The notes under the pieces are model-generated. The model made no database searches, was not told where the DNA came from, and saw only the letters and a program-made list of their open reading frames with translations. 51,943 nt of DNA, from contig CAYYVT010000102.1 in NCBI GenBank assembly GCA_964475215.1, forward strand, positions 1 through 51,943, read 5' to 3'. The DNA is from an uncultured Nitrososphaerales archaeon (GTDB lineage: Archaea > Thermoproteota > Nitrososphaeria > Conexivisphaerales > DTJL01). Below are positions 44,445-51,943 of this stretch, piece after piece. Each line of letters starts with the position of its first letter. Positions within the stretch are counted from its first letter, which is position 1. The position numbers and the translations under genes are program-made.

Positions 44445-45037
44445 TGGTCGTCGCCTCGATCGTCAACTGCGGGATAGGGAACCTGTTCAGTCTCAAAGCA
44501 GCGCTTCAGAGAGAGGGCATCACAACAGCGATAGTCTCCGAGATCGACGAGAAGGAGACGGACGTGGTCGTCCTTCCGGGCGTGGGGAGCTTCGGAGAAG
44601 CCTGTCGGAAGCTGCCCAAGGCAGCCATCGGAGAATGGGTGGGAGCTGGCAGACCCCTTCTAGGAATATGCCTCGGCCTTCAGCTGTTCTTCGAGAAGAG
44701 CGAGGAAGGGGAGGGGGAGGGGCTGACCATCCTGCCAGGCACGGTCAGGCGCCTCCCGAACTCGGTGAAGGTGCCCCACATCGGCTGGAACAGGATTGAC
44801 ATCAAGTCCGGGGAGGGCCTGCTTCAGGGGCTGGGCGATGCGCCTTGGGCATATTTTGTGCATTCCTACTATCCGCAGACCAAGGGGCCATGGGTGACGG
44901 CGGTGACGGAATACGGCGTAGAGTTCTGCTCTGCGGCGGAATGGAAGAACGTCTGGGGGCTCCAATTCCATCCAGAGAAGTCGGGTCGGGCGGGGCGGGC
45001 CATCCTGAGGAACTTCGCCAGCATGGTGAGGAAGTGA
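44441..45037 (+). CDS. hisH: Imidazole glycerol phosphate synthase, glutamine amidotransferase subunit
   Basis: 198 aa. LPGVGSFG, GICLGLQ (catalytic Cys) and QFHPEKS are present. Confidence 0.92.
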   Translation: MMVVASIVNCGIGNLFSLKAALQREGITTAIVSEIDEKETDVVVLPGVGSFGEACRKLPKAAIGEWVGAGRPLLGICLGLQLFFEKSEEGEGEGLTILPGTVRRLPNSVKVPHIGWNRIDIKSGEGLLQGLGDAPWAYFVHSYYPQTKGPWVTAVTEYGVEFCSAAEWKNVWGLQFHPEKSGRAGRAILRNFASMVRK

Positions 45038-45756
45038 GGCCCTCGGAGATCTGGGCTGCCATCGACATAAAGGGGGGCAGGGTGACGACCCTGCTGAAGG
45101 GCAGGGAAGGTTCCCAGACCGTCTGGGAAGGAGACCCGGCCTTCATGGCTCGCCGATGGAAGAGGGAGGGGGCCAACGGCCTGCATGTCGTAGACCTCGA
45201 CGCGGCCATGGGGACAGGGTCGAACAAGGAGGCGGTTCGGTCGGCGATGGCGGCAACTAATACCCGGGTTGAAGTGGCAGGAGGGATACGGGACGCCAAG
45301 GAGGCGGAGGGATGGCTCAGGCTTGGGGCCGAGAGGGTGGTGATAGGGACGATGGCATATCGGGACGGTGATGCCTTCGCCAAACTTGTGAAGATGATCG
45401 GTACCGCCAGGGTCGTCGCGGCCGTCGATTACTCCGAAGGCAAGGTCATGCATGACGGCTGGAAGGCGGGCGGGTCGATCCCCGTCCTCAAGGCGATCAG
45501 GCAGCTGGAAAGTGCCGGGGTGAGCACGATCCTGACCACATCTATCGACAGGGACGGAACAGGCCGAGGCGCGGACCTGAACACGTTGAAAAAGATACGA
45601 AAGGCCACGGAAATGAAGATCCTGGCTTCTGGTGGGACAAGGGACGTGGACGAGATCGTCAGGCTCGAGGAGATGGGCGTGGACGGGGTCGTGTTGGGCA
45701 AGGCCCTCTATGACGGTTCGATTTCGCTTGGCAGGGCCAGGAGGATGTTGAAATGA
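45034..45756 (+). CDS. hisA: ProFAR isomerase (1-(5-phosphoribosyl)-5-[(5-phosphoribosylamino)methylideneamino]imidazole-4-carboxamide isomerase)
   Basis: I call the GTG at 45034, overlapping the hisH stop (GTGA). It has WAAIDIKGGRV, LHVVDLDAA, EVAGGIR and [11 protein letters not shown]. The longer track ORF from 44845 lies inside hisH. Confidence 0.88.
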   Translation: MRPSEIWAAIDIKGGRVTTLLKGREGSQTVWEGDPAFMARRWKREGANGLHVVDLDAAMGTGSNKEAVRSAMAATNTRVEVAGGIRDAKEAEGWLRLGAERVVIGTMAYRDGDAFAKLVKMIGTARVVAAVDYSEGKVMHDGWKAGGSIPVLKAIRQLESAGVSTILTTSIDRDGTGRGADLNTLKKIRKATEMKILASGGTRDVDEIVRLEEMGVDGVVLGKALYDGSISLGRARRMLK

Positions 45757-46520
45757 GGACATCGCTCGCGAAGAGGATCATTCCGTGCCTTGATGTCAAA
45801 GGTGGGAGGGTGGTCAAGGGAGTCAGGTTCAGGTGGCTGCGTGACGCCGGGGACCCGGTGGAGCTGGCTATGCTCTACAGAGACCAGGGCGCGGACGAAA
45901 TCGTGTTTCTGGACGTATCGGCGACGTTGGAGAGGAGGAAGACCCTCAGCGCCCTCGTAAGGAGGGTAGCTCGCAACCTAGACATACCGTTCACTGTGGG
46001 TGGAGGAATCGGAGGGTCGGAGGACGCTAGGACCGTGCTCTGCAACGGCGCGGACAAAGTGGCCATCAACACTGCCGCGATCCTGAGGCCGAACCTCATA
46101 GCCGAGCTAGCCGACGTCTTCGGCTCGCAATGTGTGGTGGTCGCCATAGACGCCAAGATGAGGAGGAATGGGAGCTATGGCGTGCTCAGCCATTCGGCGA
46201 GTGAGCCTTCAGGCCTTGAGGCCGGTGAATGGGCGAAGAAGGCCGTAGGGCTTGGGGCGGGGGAGCTACTGGTGACATCCATCGACAGGGACGGCACGAA
46301 GAAGGGATACGACATCCGTCTGCTTAACCGCGTCGGAGAGGGCACCAATGTGCCCCTGATAGCTAGCGGAGGCGCCGGCTCCCTGAAGGACTTCCTTGAA
46401 GTGTTTTCCAATACGGGAAGCGACGCGGCCCTCGCCGCTTCGCTCTTCCACAGGGGCGAGCTGACCGTGGGGGAAGTGAAGGAATATCTGGCGTCGAAGG
46501 GGGTCAGGGTGAGACTATGA
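45753..46520 (+). CDS. hisF: Imidazole glycerol phosphate synthase, cyclase subunit
   Basis: 255 aa. [46 protein letters not shown] and ASGGAG are present. Confidence 0.95.
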   Translation: MRTSLAKRIIPCLDVKGGRVVKGVRFRWLRDAGDPVELAMLYRDQGADEIVFLDVSATLERRKTLSALVRRVARNLDIPFTVGGGIGGSEDARTVLCNGADKVAINTAAILRPNLIAELADVFGSQCVVVAIDAKMRRNGSYGVLSHSASEPSGLEAGEWAKKAVGLGAGELLVTSIDRDGTKKGYDIRLLNRVGEGTNVPLIASGGAGSLKDFLEVFSNTGSDAALAASLFHRGELTVGEVKEYLASKGVRVRL

Positions 46521-47509
46521 TGAAGGGCAATCTGGACGAAATCGACTTCGAAAAGGGAGGCGGGCTGGTCCCCGTCATCACGCAGGACTGCGTGTCCAGG
46601 AGGGTCCTGATGCTGGCGTATGCCGACAGGGAGTCCCTTCGACTCACCCTATCCACGGGCTTCGCCCATTACTACAGCAGGAGCAGGAAGATCCTGTGGA
46701 GGAAGGGGGAGACCTCCGGACATTTTCAGCGGGTCAAGGAGGTAATCGCTGACTGCGACATGGACTCGTTGCTCTACCTTGTGGACCAGACCGGACCGGC
46801 CTGCCACACCGGGAAGGAGTCGTGCTTCTTCAACCGGGTTGAAGCTGGCCTGACGGCGACGCACGACCTCGCCATGGCGGCGAAAGCTGTGCGGCTCATG
46901 GAGGGCGGGAAGGTCGCGACGCGGAGATGGGTGAGGGATTCCACCAGGAGGCATTACAAGTACATCGTGAATCCTCTGACCGAAGCCATACCTCCGCCAC
47001 CTGCCGATGTCATGGAGTGGGTGGTGGGGATGATGGATAGGATGGCGCCTGCCACAGTGGACAGGATACTGACCTTCGAGGCCCTCGGCATCCCATACTC
47101 GGTGCTGCTGGCTCAGCGGAGGAAGATCCCCCTCGCGATAGTTCGGAAGCGAGACTTCTACGCACCACAGCATCTCTTTTCGAAGGTAAGGTACAGGTCG
47201 GGCTTCGAAAGGGGGACCTACTATGTCTACGATTTGGCGAAAGGTGACAGGGTGCTCGTCGTTGATGATATGGTTTCGACGGGGGGTACCCTCGTTCCAA
47301 CGCTACAGGACCTCGCGGCCAAAGGAGTGAAGATTGAGGGCGTCCTCTGCGTGGGCGAGAAGCCGCAGTACGGCGGCCTGAAGGCGGTGGAGCAGGCCGG
47401 ATTCCCCATCAAGGCCATGTTCAAGCTCACCCAGCACGGCGGCCGCATCAGGGTGAAACCTTCTGAGGCTCTCTTGGAGACCATTGGAAAAGGCGGGGGC
47501 ACGCCCTAA
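46517..47509 (+). CDS. hisI: Phosphoribosyl-AMP cyclohydrolase (HisI) fused to a type I phosphoribosyltransferase-like domain
   Basis: 330 aa. Residues 1 to about 110 carry [10 protein letters not shown]...[27 protein letters not shown] (HisI). Residues about 150-320 carry [24 protein letters not shown] and the PRPP loop [16 protein letters not shown] (APRT/PyrE-like). Confidence 0.85.
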   Translation: MMKGNLDEIDFEKGGGLVPVITQDCVSRRVLMLAYADRESLRLTLSTGFAHYYSRSRKILWRKGETSGHFQRVKEVIADCDMDSLLYLVDQTGPACHTGKESCFFNRVEAGLTATHDLAMAAKAVRLMEGGKVATRRWVRDSTRRHYKYIVNPLTEAIPPPPADVMEWVVGMMDRMAPATVDRILTFEALGIPYSVLLAQRRKIPLAIVRKRDFYAPQHLFSKVRYRSGFERGTYYVYDLAKGDRVLVVDDMVSTGGTLVPTLQDLAAKGVKIEGVLCVGEKPQYGGLKAVEQAGFPIKAMFKLTQHGGRIRVKPSEALLETIGKGGGTP

Positions 47510-47583
47510 AGCTCATGATGGGCGATGAGGGACGGCATTCTTGAGAGATGGCTGCCCCTCTTGCGATGGCCCACTCCATAATC

Positions 47584-47591
47584 GATAAATA
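47584..47591 (+). promoter_or_regulatory. TATA-like box for tRNA-Gly
   Basis: GATAAATA lies 28-35 nt upstream of the tRNA 5' end. Confidence 0.5.
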
Positions 47592-47618
47592 CACACCGGA
47601 AAGCAACTTCAGAAACGT

Positions 47619-47696
47619 GCGGTGGTCGTCTAGCCTGGTCTAGGACATCAGCCTGCCACGCTGGTAACGCGAGTCCAAATCTCGCCCACCGCACCA
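47619..47696 (+). tRNA. tRNA-Gly (GCC), CCA encoded
   Basis: GCGGTGG TC GTCT AGCCTGGTCTA GGAC A TCAGC CTGCCAC GCTGG TAAC GCGAG TCCAAAT CTCGC CCACCGC A CCA. All stems pair (one G-U each in the D and anticodon stems). The anticodon loop is CT-GCC-AC. Confidence 0.9.
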
Positions 47697-48002
47697 TTAG
47701 CTTCGGGTCCAGTTCGTACGCCGCCTAGAAACCCCACTTCCAAGCGGACTCGAAGGACACCCGCAGCGGGCCTCCGGCAAGCGCATTGTCACTCCAGAGG
47801 AAGTTAGCCCAGTGCTCCCCGCAGGTGGTAGAGCCAAGTCTCTCTGCACAAGGGGCCCCGATTGAACCAGCTCTCTTTGCAACGAGAAGGCACCGATATC
47901 ATCCCTCATCTCTTGGCGGTCATTCGGATTCGCAATGCACCTTTTGGACAAGGTTCAATAGGAGAACTCTGAACAAATAGTGGGAGCCTGAGTAGAAGCG
48001 TA

Positions 48003-48539
48003 ATGACGACCAAGGGCGGAGTTCAAGACGTGCAAGAATCGCTCAAGGACGTAATGAGAGGCCTCCCTCAGGGCGTCACCGTCGTCACCGCAAAGGTCGG
48101 CGGAAGGCTGTGGGGGGTTACCGTCAGCGCGTTCACAATGGTTTCACTCAATCCGCCCGTCGTGGTCATCTCCTTGATGAAGGGTTTTGCGACCTCGAAT
48201 GCACTTGAAGAGGCCAGCGAATTCACCGTCAACCTCCTCGCCGACGACCAGAGGACGGTGTCGGACAGGTTCGCAGGCCGAATCCCCCTGAAGGACAGAT
48301 TTGAGGGTCTCCGGTACGACCTCGAGCGTGCTAGCTCTCCCGTCATAGAAGGAGTGGTGGGCTACATCGATTGCAAGAAGTGGAAGGAGTACGACGGAGG
48401 GGACCATACACTCATACTTGGCGAGGTTGTAAAAGCTGTGAGGCTGAATCGCAAGGCACCTCTAGTGTTCTACATGCAGCAGTATACTGGCCTTGTGCCG
48501 CCTGAATCCAAGGAGCCGCCCACCGACGCTCTCTGGTAG
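48003..48539 (+). CDS. Flavin reductase (HpaC-like NAD(P)H:flavin oxidoreductase)
   Basis: 178 aa. GVTVVTAKVGGRLWGVTVSAFTMVSLNPPVVVISL is the flavin reductase domain signature. It sits next to an HpaB-type monooxygenase cluster. Confidence 0.8.
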   Translation: MTTKGGVQDVQESLKDVMRGLPQGVTVVTAKVGGRLWGVTVSAFTMVSLNPPVVVISLMKGFATSNALEEASEFTVNLLADDQRTVSDRFAGRIPLKDRFEGLRYDLERASSPVIEGVVGYIDCKKWKEYDGGDHTLILGEVVKAVRLNRKAPLVFYMQQYTGLVPPESKEPPTDALW

Positions 48540-48546
48540 GCAGGTC

Positions 48547-49539
48547 TCAGCGCCCTGTGAGTGTGCGTTCCGGCCTGTCCGCGATGGATGGCTTTGTCAG
48601 AGATGCGAATCCCCCGTCCTTGAAAGACCTGACCCGCATGGCCTCGTCGAACCAGCTGGCCGGAGCCGGTGCCCCCCAGAAGGTCTGTCTCTGAGGATCA
48701 TTGAGCTTCCATTTCAGCGGCTCCCAGTCCGGGTCGGCGCTTAGATAGTCACCAGTGTATAGCTCGATCCGGTTTCCGTCAGGGTCCCTCAGATACAGGA
48801 AGAACGCGTTGGAGATGCCGTGCCTCCCCGGACCCCTCTCCATGGCGGTCAAGTATCCCGAGGAGGCAAGGACGTCGGCGCAGTCCATGATGCTGTTCCT
48901 GTCGGAGACCGTGAACCCGGCGTGGTGAAGGCGTGGCCCGATGCCCGTCATCAGAGCTACGTCATGGCACGTGTGTTTCCTTCTCAGCCAGGCCGCCCAC
49001 ATCTTAGGCGTGGAGTCCTCCGTTTCGGTATACTCGGTGCAGGTGAAACCCAACTCCTGCGTGTACCATCTGTATGCTGGGTCCACGTCGGGGAGGAGCA
49101 TGTTGAAGTGATCCAGCCGCATCACCTTCGCTCCGCGGTACTGGTCGAATCGTCTGAGCATCCATTCGGCCTTCTCCATCCCGCGGTAGAACTCGACTGG
49201 AACGCCGAACTGATCCTGCACCCGCAGGGACTTCCCCACTCCCCTCTCCTCGTCGAACCAAAAGGTCTCGAGGCCGAGCCCCCCGTAGAGGCGCTCAAGC
49301 TCCTTCAAGTCGTCGTCGGACCGCACCTTGAAGGCCAGGTGGCCTAGGCCGGGCTCCTTGGCCAGCGAGAGCACGAGGGAGTGGTGGTGCCGATCCTCTA
49401 GGCCTCTAAGGAAGAGCTGGGTGGCCGTCGCCTCTGATTCCACGAAGCCCAGCGTTTCGACGTAGAATTTGCGCGCCCGCCTGAGGTCTGTTACGAGGAG
49501 CTCGACATGACCGGCCCTGAGGATGTCTAAGGAGGGCAA
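48547..49539 (-). CDS. Type I extradiol ring-cleavage dioxygenase (catechol / homoprotocatechuate 2,3-dioxygenase-like, VOC superfamily)
   Basis: 330 aa with two VOC modules. It has GHVELLVTDL...FYVETLGF, RLDHFNM, HHAGF and LYLRDPDGNRIELY. Confidence 0.85.
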   Translation of the reverse strand: MPSLDILRAGHVELLVTDLRRARKFYVETLGFVESEATATQLFLRGLEDRHHHSLVLSLAKEPGLGHLAFKVRSDDDLKELERLYGGLGLETFWFDEERGVGKSLRVQDQFGVPVEFYRGMEKAEWMLRRFDQYRGAKVMRLDHFNMLLPDVDPAYRWYTQELGFTCTEYTETEDSTPKMWAAWLRRKHTCHDVALMTGIGPRLHHAGFTVSDRNSIMDCADVLASSGYLTAMERGPGRHGISNAFFLYLRDPDGNRIELYTGDYLSADPDWEPLKWKLNDPQRQTFWGAPAPASWFDEAMRVRSFKDGGFASLTKPSIADRPERTLTGR

Positions 49540-49540
49540 C

Positions 49541-50992
49541 CTACTCTGCCCTCCTACCCAAGAGCTCCCTCACCCTTTGCTTGTAGGGCTCCTTGTCGTA
49601 CCAGTTGTAGAAGGCGCCTGCCATCCTCACCGGATCGCCGAAGAAGAATCGCTCGTAGAGCTCCTGCCTCCCTCCGAAGGAGGAACCGACTAGATCCCAG
49701 GCCAGCCGGAAGAGCTTGATGCGGTCCTCGGCGCCTAGAGTCTTGGACTGGAAGTACTTGTCGACCATTCCCTTCGCCTCGCTCTTGAAGATCCCTTCGG
49801 GAGGGATCGCCATGAGGCCGCTGGCGCCCAGCTGCTGGACAATGGTGCTCATTGACGGGGACACCCTCGGCCAGAGGTTCCTGGCGGCGTTGAGCGGAGC
49901 ATAATCCGGGACCAGGAGACCCCACTTCCCCATCTTGGCGTTAGCCTCCGAGGAGTTCACAAAGGCCTTCATCGTCTCGGAGATCAAAATCACTTCGGTC
50001 ACCTTCTCCTGAACATGCTGGAACTGGTCGGCGCCTATGGTCTCCGAGAGGAGGGAAGTGAGCCCAACGAAGAACTCCGCTTTCGCTATCTCCCGGACGG
50101 ACGCCTGATGGGACATGAAGACGATGGCGTCGGTGGCTTCGTTCACCGTGTTAGCCCGGTCGAAGTCTTCGAGAAGGAAGATCCTGTTCCATGGGACGAG
50201 GACGTCGTCGAAGACCACCACTGCGTCCTGCTCGTCGAACCTGGATGCCAGGGGATGATCGAGCGATGAATCCTCTGCGAATGATTCCCTGCAGATCAGC
50301 TTCAGGCCCGGTGTGCTGAGGGGGATGGCGAAGGCCATGGAATATGGAAGGTCGTCCTGCCCTGAACGTATGACGGTGGAAGGGAAGACCATGATTTCGT
50401 CCGCCAGGGGGCAGGTGGCCAGCATGCGTGCCCCTCTGATCACCACACCCTCGGAGTTCTTCTCCACGATCCTTGCCGCCGTGTAGGGATCCGCCTGTTT
50501 CGAAGGCCCGACGGCTCTATTGGTCTGCGGGTTGATGAGAGTGTGGGTCAGCAGGAGGTCCTTCTCCCTGACGTTCTCGTAGAAGTCCCTGACATTCTTG
50601 GCGAAGTCGACGCTGCCCGTCCCAAAGAATGAAGATGCCGAAGCCATCGCCATAATGGCGCTGTCGAGGTAGTCGGGGGTCCTCCCCAGGGTCCCCCCTG
50701 AGTAGTCGGCCCATCTCTTCATCATCGACCTCCTCTTCAGCAGGTCCTCCCTAGTCCTAGGTTGGAGGAAGCTGGTCCCCACCGACTGACCGGTGGTGGG
50801 AGATCTGTAGGTCATTTCGTCGGAGAGCGCAGGGTCCGTCTGCATGTCATAGAGGTGGGAGAGGGCTTGGATGATCCCACTGAATGCAGGATGCTTTGAT
50901 GCGTTGAACGTGATCTTCTCCTCACCGTACCAAAGCTCGCGCTTCGTCTTGTCGACCCTCTCCGCAAATTGGGTCCCATTGCAGGCTCCCAT
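49541..50992 (-). CDS. hpaB: 4-hydroxyphenylacetate 3-monooxygenase, oxygenase component family (HpaB-like)
   Basis: 483 aa. The length and the motifs LLTHTLINPQ, VVIRGARMLAT and FGDPVRM fit the HpaB/4-HPA 3-hydroxylase family. Confidence 0.85.
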   Translation of the reverse strand: MGACNGTQFAERVDKTKRELWYGEEKITFNASKHPAFSGIIQALSHLYDMQTDPALSDEMTYRSPTTGQSVGTSFLQPRTREDLLKRRSMMKRWADYSGGTLGRTPDYLDSAIMAMASASSFFGTGSVDFAKNVRDFYENVREKDLLLTHTLINPQTNRAVGPSKQADPYTAARIVEKNSEGVVIRGARMLATCPLADEIMVFPSTVIRSGQDDLPYSMAFAIPLSTPGLKLICRESFAEDSSLDHPLASRFDEQDAVVVFDDVLVPWNRIFLLEDFDRANTVNEATDAIVFMSHQASVREIAKAEFFVGLTSLLSETIGADQFQHVQEKVTEVILISETMKAFVNSSEANAKMGKWGLLVPDYAPLNAARNLWPRVSPSMSTIVQQLGASGLMAIPPEGIFKSEAKGMVDKYFQSKTLGAEDRIKLFRLAWDLVGSSFGGRQELYERFFFGDPVRMAGAFYNWYDKEPYKQRVRELLGRRAE

Positions 50993-50994
50993 GT

Positions 50995-51943
50995 TCAGCT
51001 CGCCCTCCGCGTCGCAGCCGGTGGCTCACCCCCTCCGCCGAACTTGGGTATCTTGTGCCGCCCGACCGCCACGTGGACCGTCTTCAGTTCGGTGTAGAAT
51101 TCGAAGCTGTAGACGCCTCCCTCTCTGCCAATCCCGCTGTTCTTAGTGCCCCCGAAGGGGGTCCTCAGATCCCTGACGTTGTGAGAGTTGATCCACGTCA
51201 TTCCACATTCGACGGACGCAGCGACCCTGTTGGCCCTGGCGACGTCGCCCGTCCAGATGTAGCTCGTCAAGCCGTAGCTGACGTCGTTCGCTAGCCTGAT
51301 GGCCTCCTTCTCATCTTCGAATGGCATCGCAGCCAATACGGGTCCGAATATCTCCTCCTGCACGATGCGCATGGAGGGCTTCGCGTTAGTGAACAGGGTC
51401 GGCTCCATGTAGTTGCCAGTTTCGAGGTCTCGCGGTCGGCCTCCGCCGACGAGCTTCTGCGCACCCTCCTCCTCCCCCAGCTTGACATATCCCAATACTC
51501 GATCGAGGTGCTCCGCGTGGACGAGGGGGCCGAGCTCGGTGGTCGATTCCATAGGATGCCCCACCCGGATGGCCCGTACTCGGTCGGCGACCTTGGAGAT
51601 GAAATCACCATAGATGCTCTTCTGAACAAGCAGCCTAGAGTTGGCGGTGCACCTCTCGCCGTTGAGCGAATAGGCCATGAAGACCACCCCGTCCAGCGCC
51701 CTTTCCAAGTCCGCGTCGTCGAATACTATGGCCGGGTTCTTCCCTCCCAGCTCCATAGAGAACCGCTTCAACGTCGAAGAGCCATTCCTGATGATCTCCT
51801 TGCCAGTGGTGGTCTCTCCAGTGAACGAAATGAGCTGAACCCCGGGGTGGGCCACGAGCGCCGCGCCAGCCCCCTCCCCAAAGCCGTTTACCACGTTGAC
51901 CACGCCCCTGGGAAAGCCTGCCTCCGCCATGATCTCCACGAGC
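50995..51943 (-). CDS. NAD(P)-dependent aldehyde dehydrogenase (HpaE-like semialdehyde dehydrogenase candidate); 5' end outside window
   Basis: The reading frame is open to the right edge. FTGETTTGKEI, ELGGKNP, GERCTANSR (catalytic Cys) and EEIFGPV are present. It is adjacent to hpaB on the same strand. Confidence 0.9.
   Translation of the reverse strand, partial: LVEIMAEAGFPRGVVNVVNGFGEGAGAALVAHPGVQLISFTGETTTGKEIIRNGSSTLKRFSMELGGKNPAIVFDDADLERALDGVVFMAYSLNGERCTANSRLLVQKSIYGDFISKVADRVRAIRVGHPMESTTELGPLVHAEHLDRVLGYVKLGEEEGAQKLVGGGRPRDLETGNYMEPTLFTNAKPSMRIVQEEIFGPVLAAMPFEDEKEAIRLANDVSYGLTSYIWTGDVARANRVAASVECGMTWINSHNVRDLRTPFGGTKNSGIGREGGVYSFEFYTELKTVHVAVGRHKIPKFGGGGEPPAATRRAS

Noticed and set aside
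47506-47697. 63-aa minus-strand ORF
   Set aside because: It is antisense to tRNA-Gly, which fully explains the conservation-like structure in this interval.
47619-48002. Integrated mobile element at tRNA-Gly
   Set aside because: No integrase or recombinase ORF is present and no repeat of the tRNA 3' end is visible in the window. The downstream genes are metabolic.
1-51943. CRISPR arrays, rRNA genes, IS elements, and known defence systems (restriction-modification, toxin-antitoxin with recognisable families, Cas, Argonaute, etc.)
   Set aside because: I scanned the intergenic regions and ORF translations by eye. I found no periodic repeats, no transposase or integrase motifs, and no nuclease/helicase/methylase defence signatures.

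Overview
GC-rich, densely coded archaeal chromosomal segment. The archaeal assignment rests on FEN1, aEF-1beta, Kae1, the RNase P protein subunits Rpp30 and Pop5, pyruvoyl arginine decarboxylase, geranylgeranyl reductase, an intron-containing tRNA, and TATA-like boxes 25-45 nt upstream of starts. It looks euryarchaeal, but the lineage cannot be fixed without a database search. I call about 68 protein genes and 2 tRNAs. Three were not in the ORF track: kae1 (its stop lies outside the window) and two zinc-ribbon genes shorter than 60 aa. Main blocks: (1) kae1 divergent from a DUF54-Rpp30-Pop5 module. (2) A long minus-strand housekeeping run (DUF371, pcm, fen, cdc48, EF-1beta, Zn-ribbon). (3) Lipid and sugar genes (GGR, phosphohexomutase). 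(4) Split methylmalonyl-CoA mutase plus MeaB. (5) A mixed accessory stretch with GNATs, HExxH proteins, Lrp regulators and small Zn-ribbon or membrane proteins. (6) A translationally coupled hisGDCBHAF-hisI operon. (7) A 4-hydroxyphenylacetate meta-cleavage cluster that runs off the right edge. I saw no CRISPR array, rRNA, transposase, integrase or recognisable defence system, and I cannot support a clear novel multi-gene system. The most unusual items are: HisI fused to a phosphoribosyltransferase-like domain in an operon lacking hisE; a CysRS with altered zinc-site motifs and no C-terminal domain; an EF-Tu/SelB-like protein with a degenerate G domain next to tRNA-Phe; an in-frame TGA between the only ATG and the signal-anchor of a sequon-rich secreted beta-propeller; and three ORF-poor gaps of 300-550 nt that might hold structured RNAs. 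All homology calls are motif recognition by eye. No searches or computations were run.
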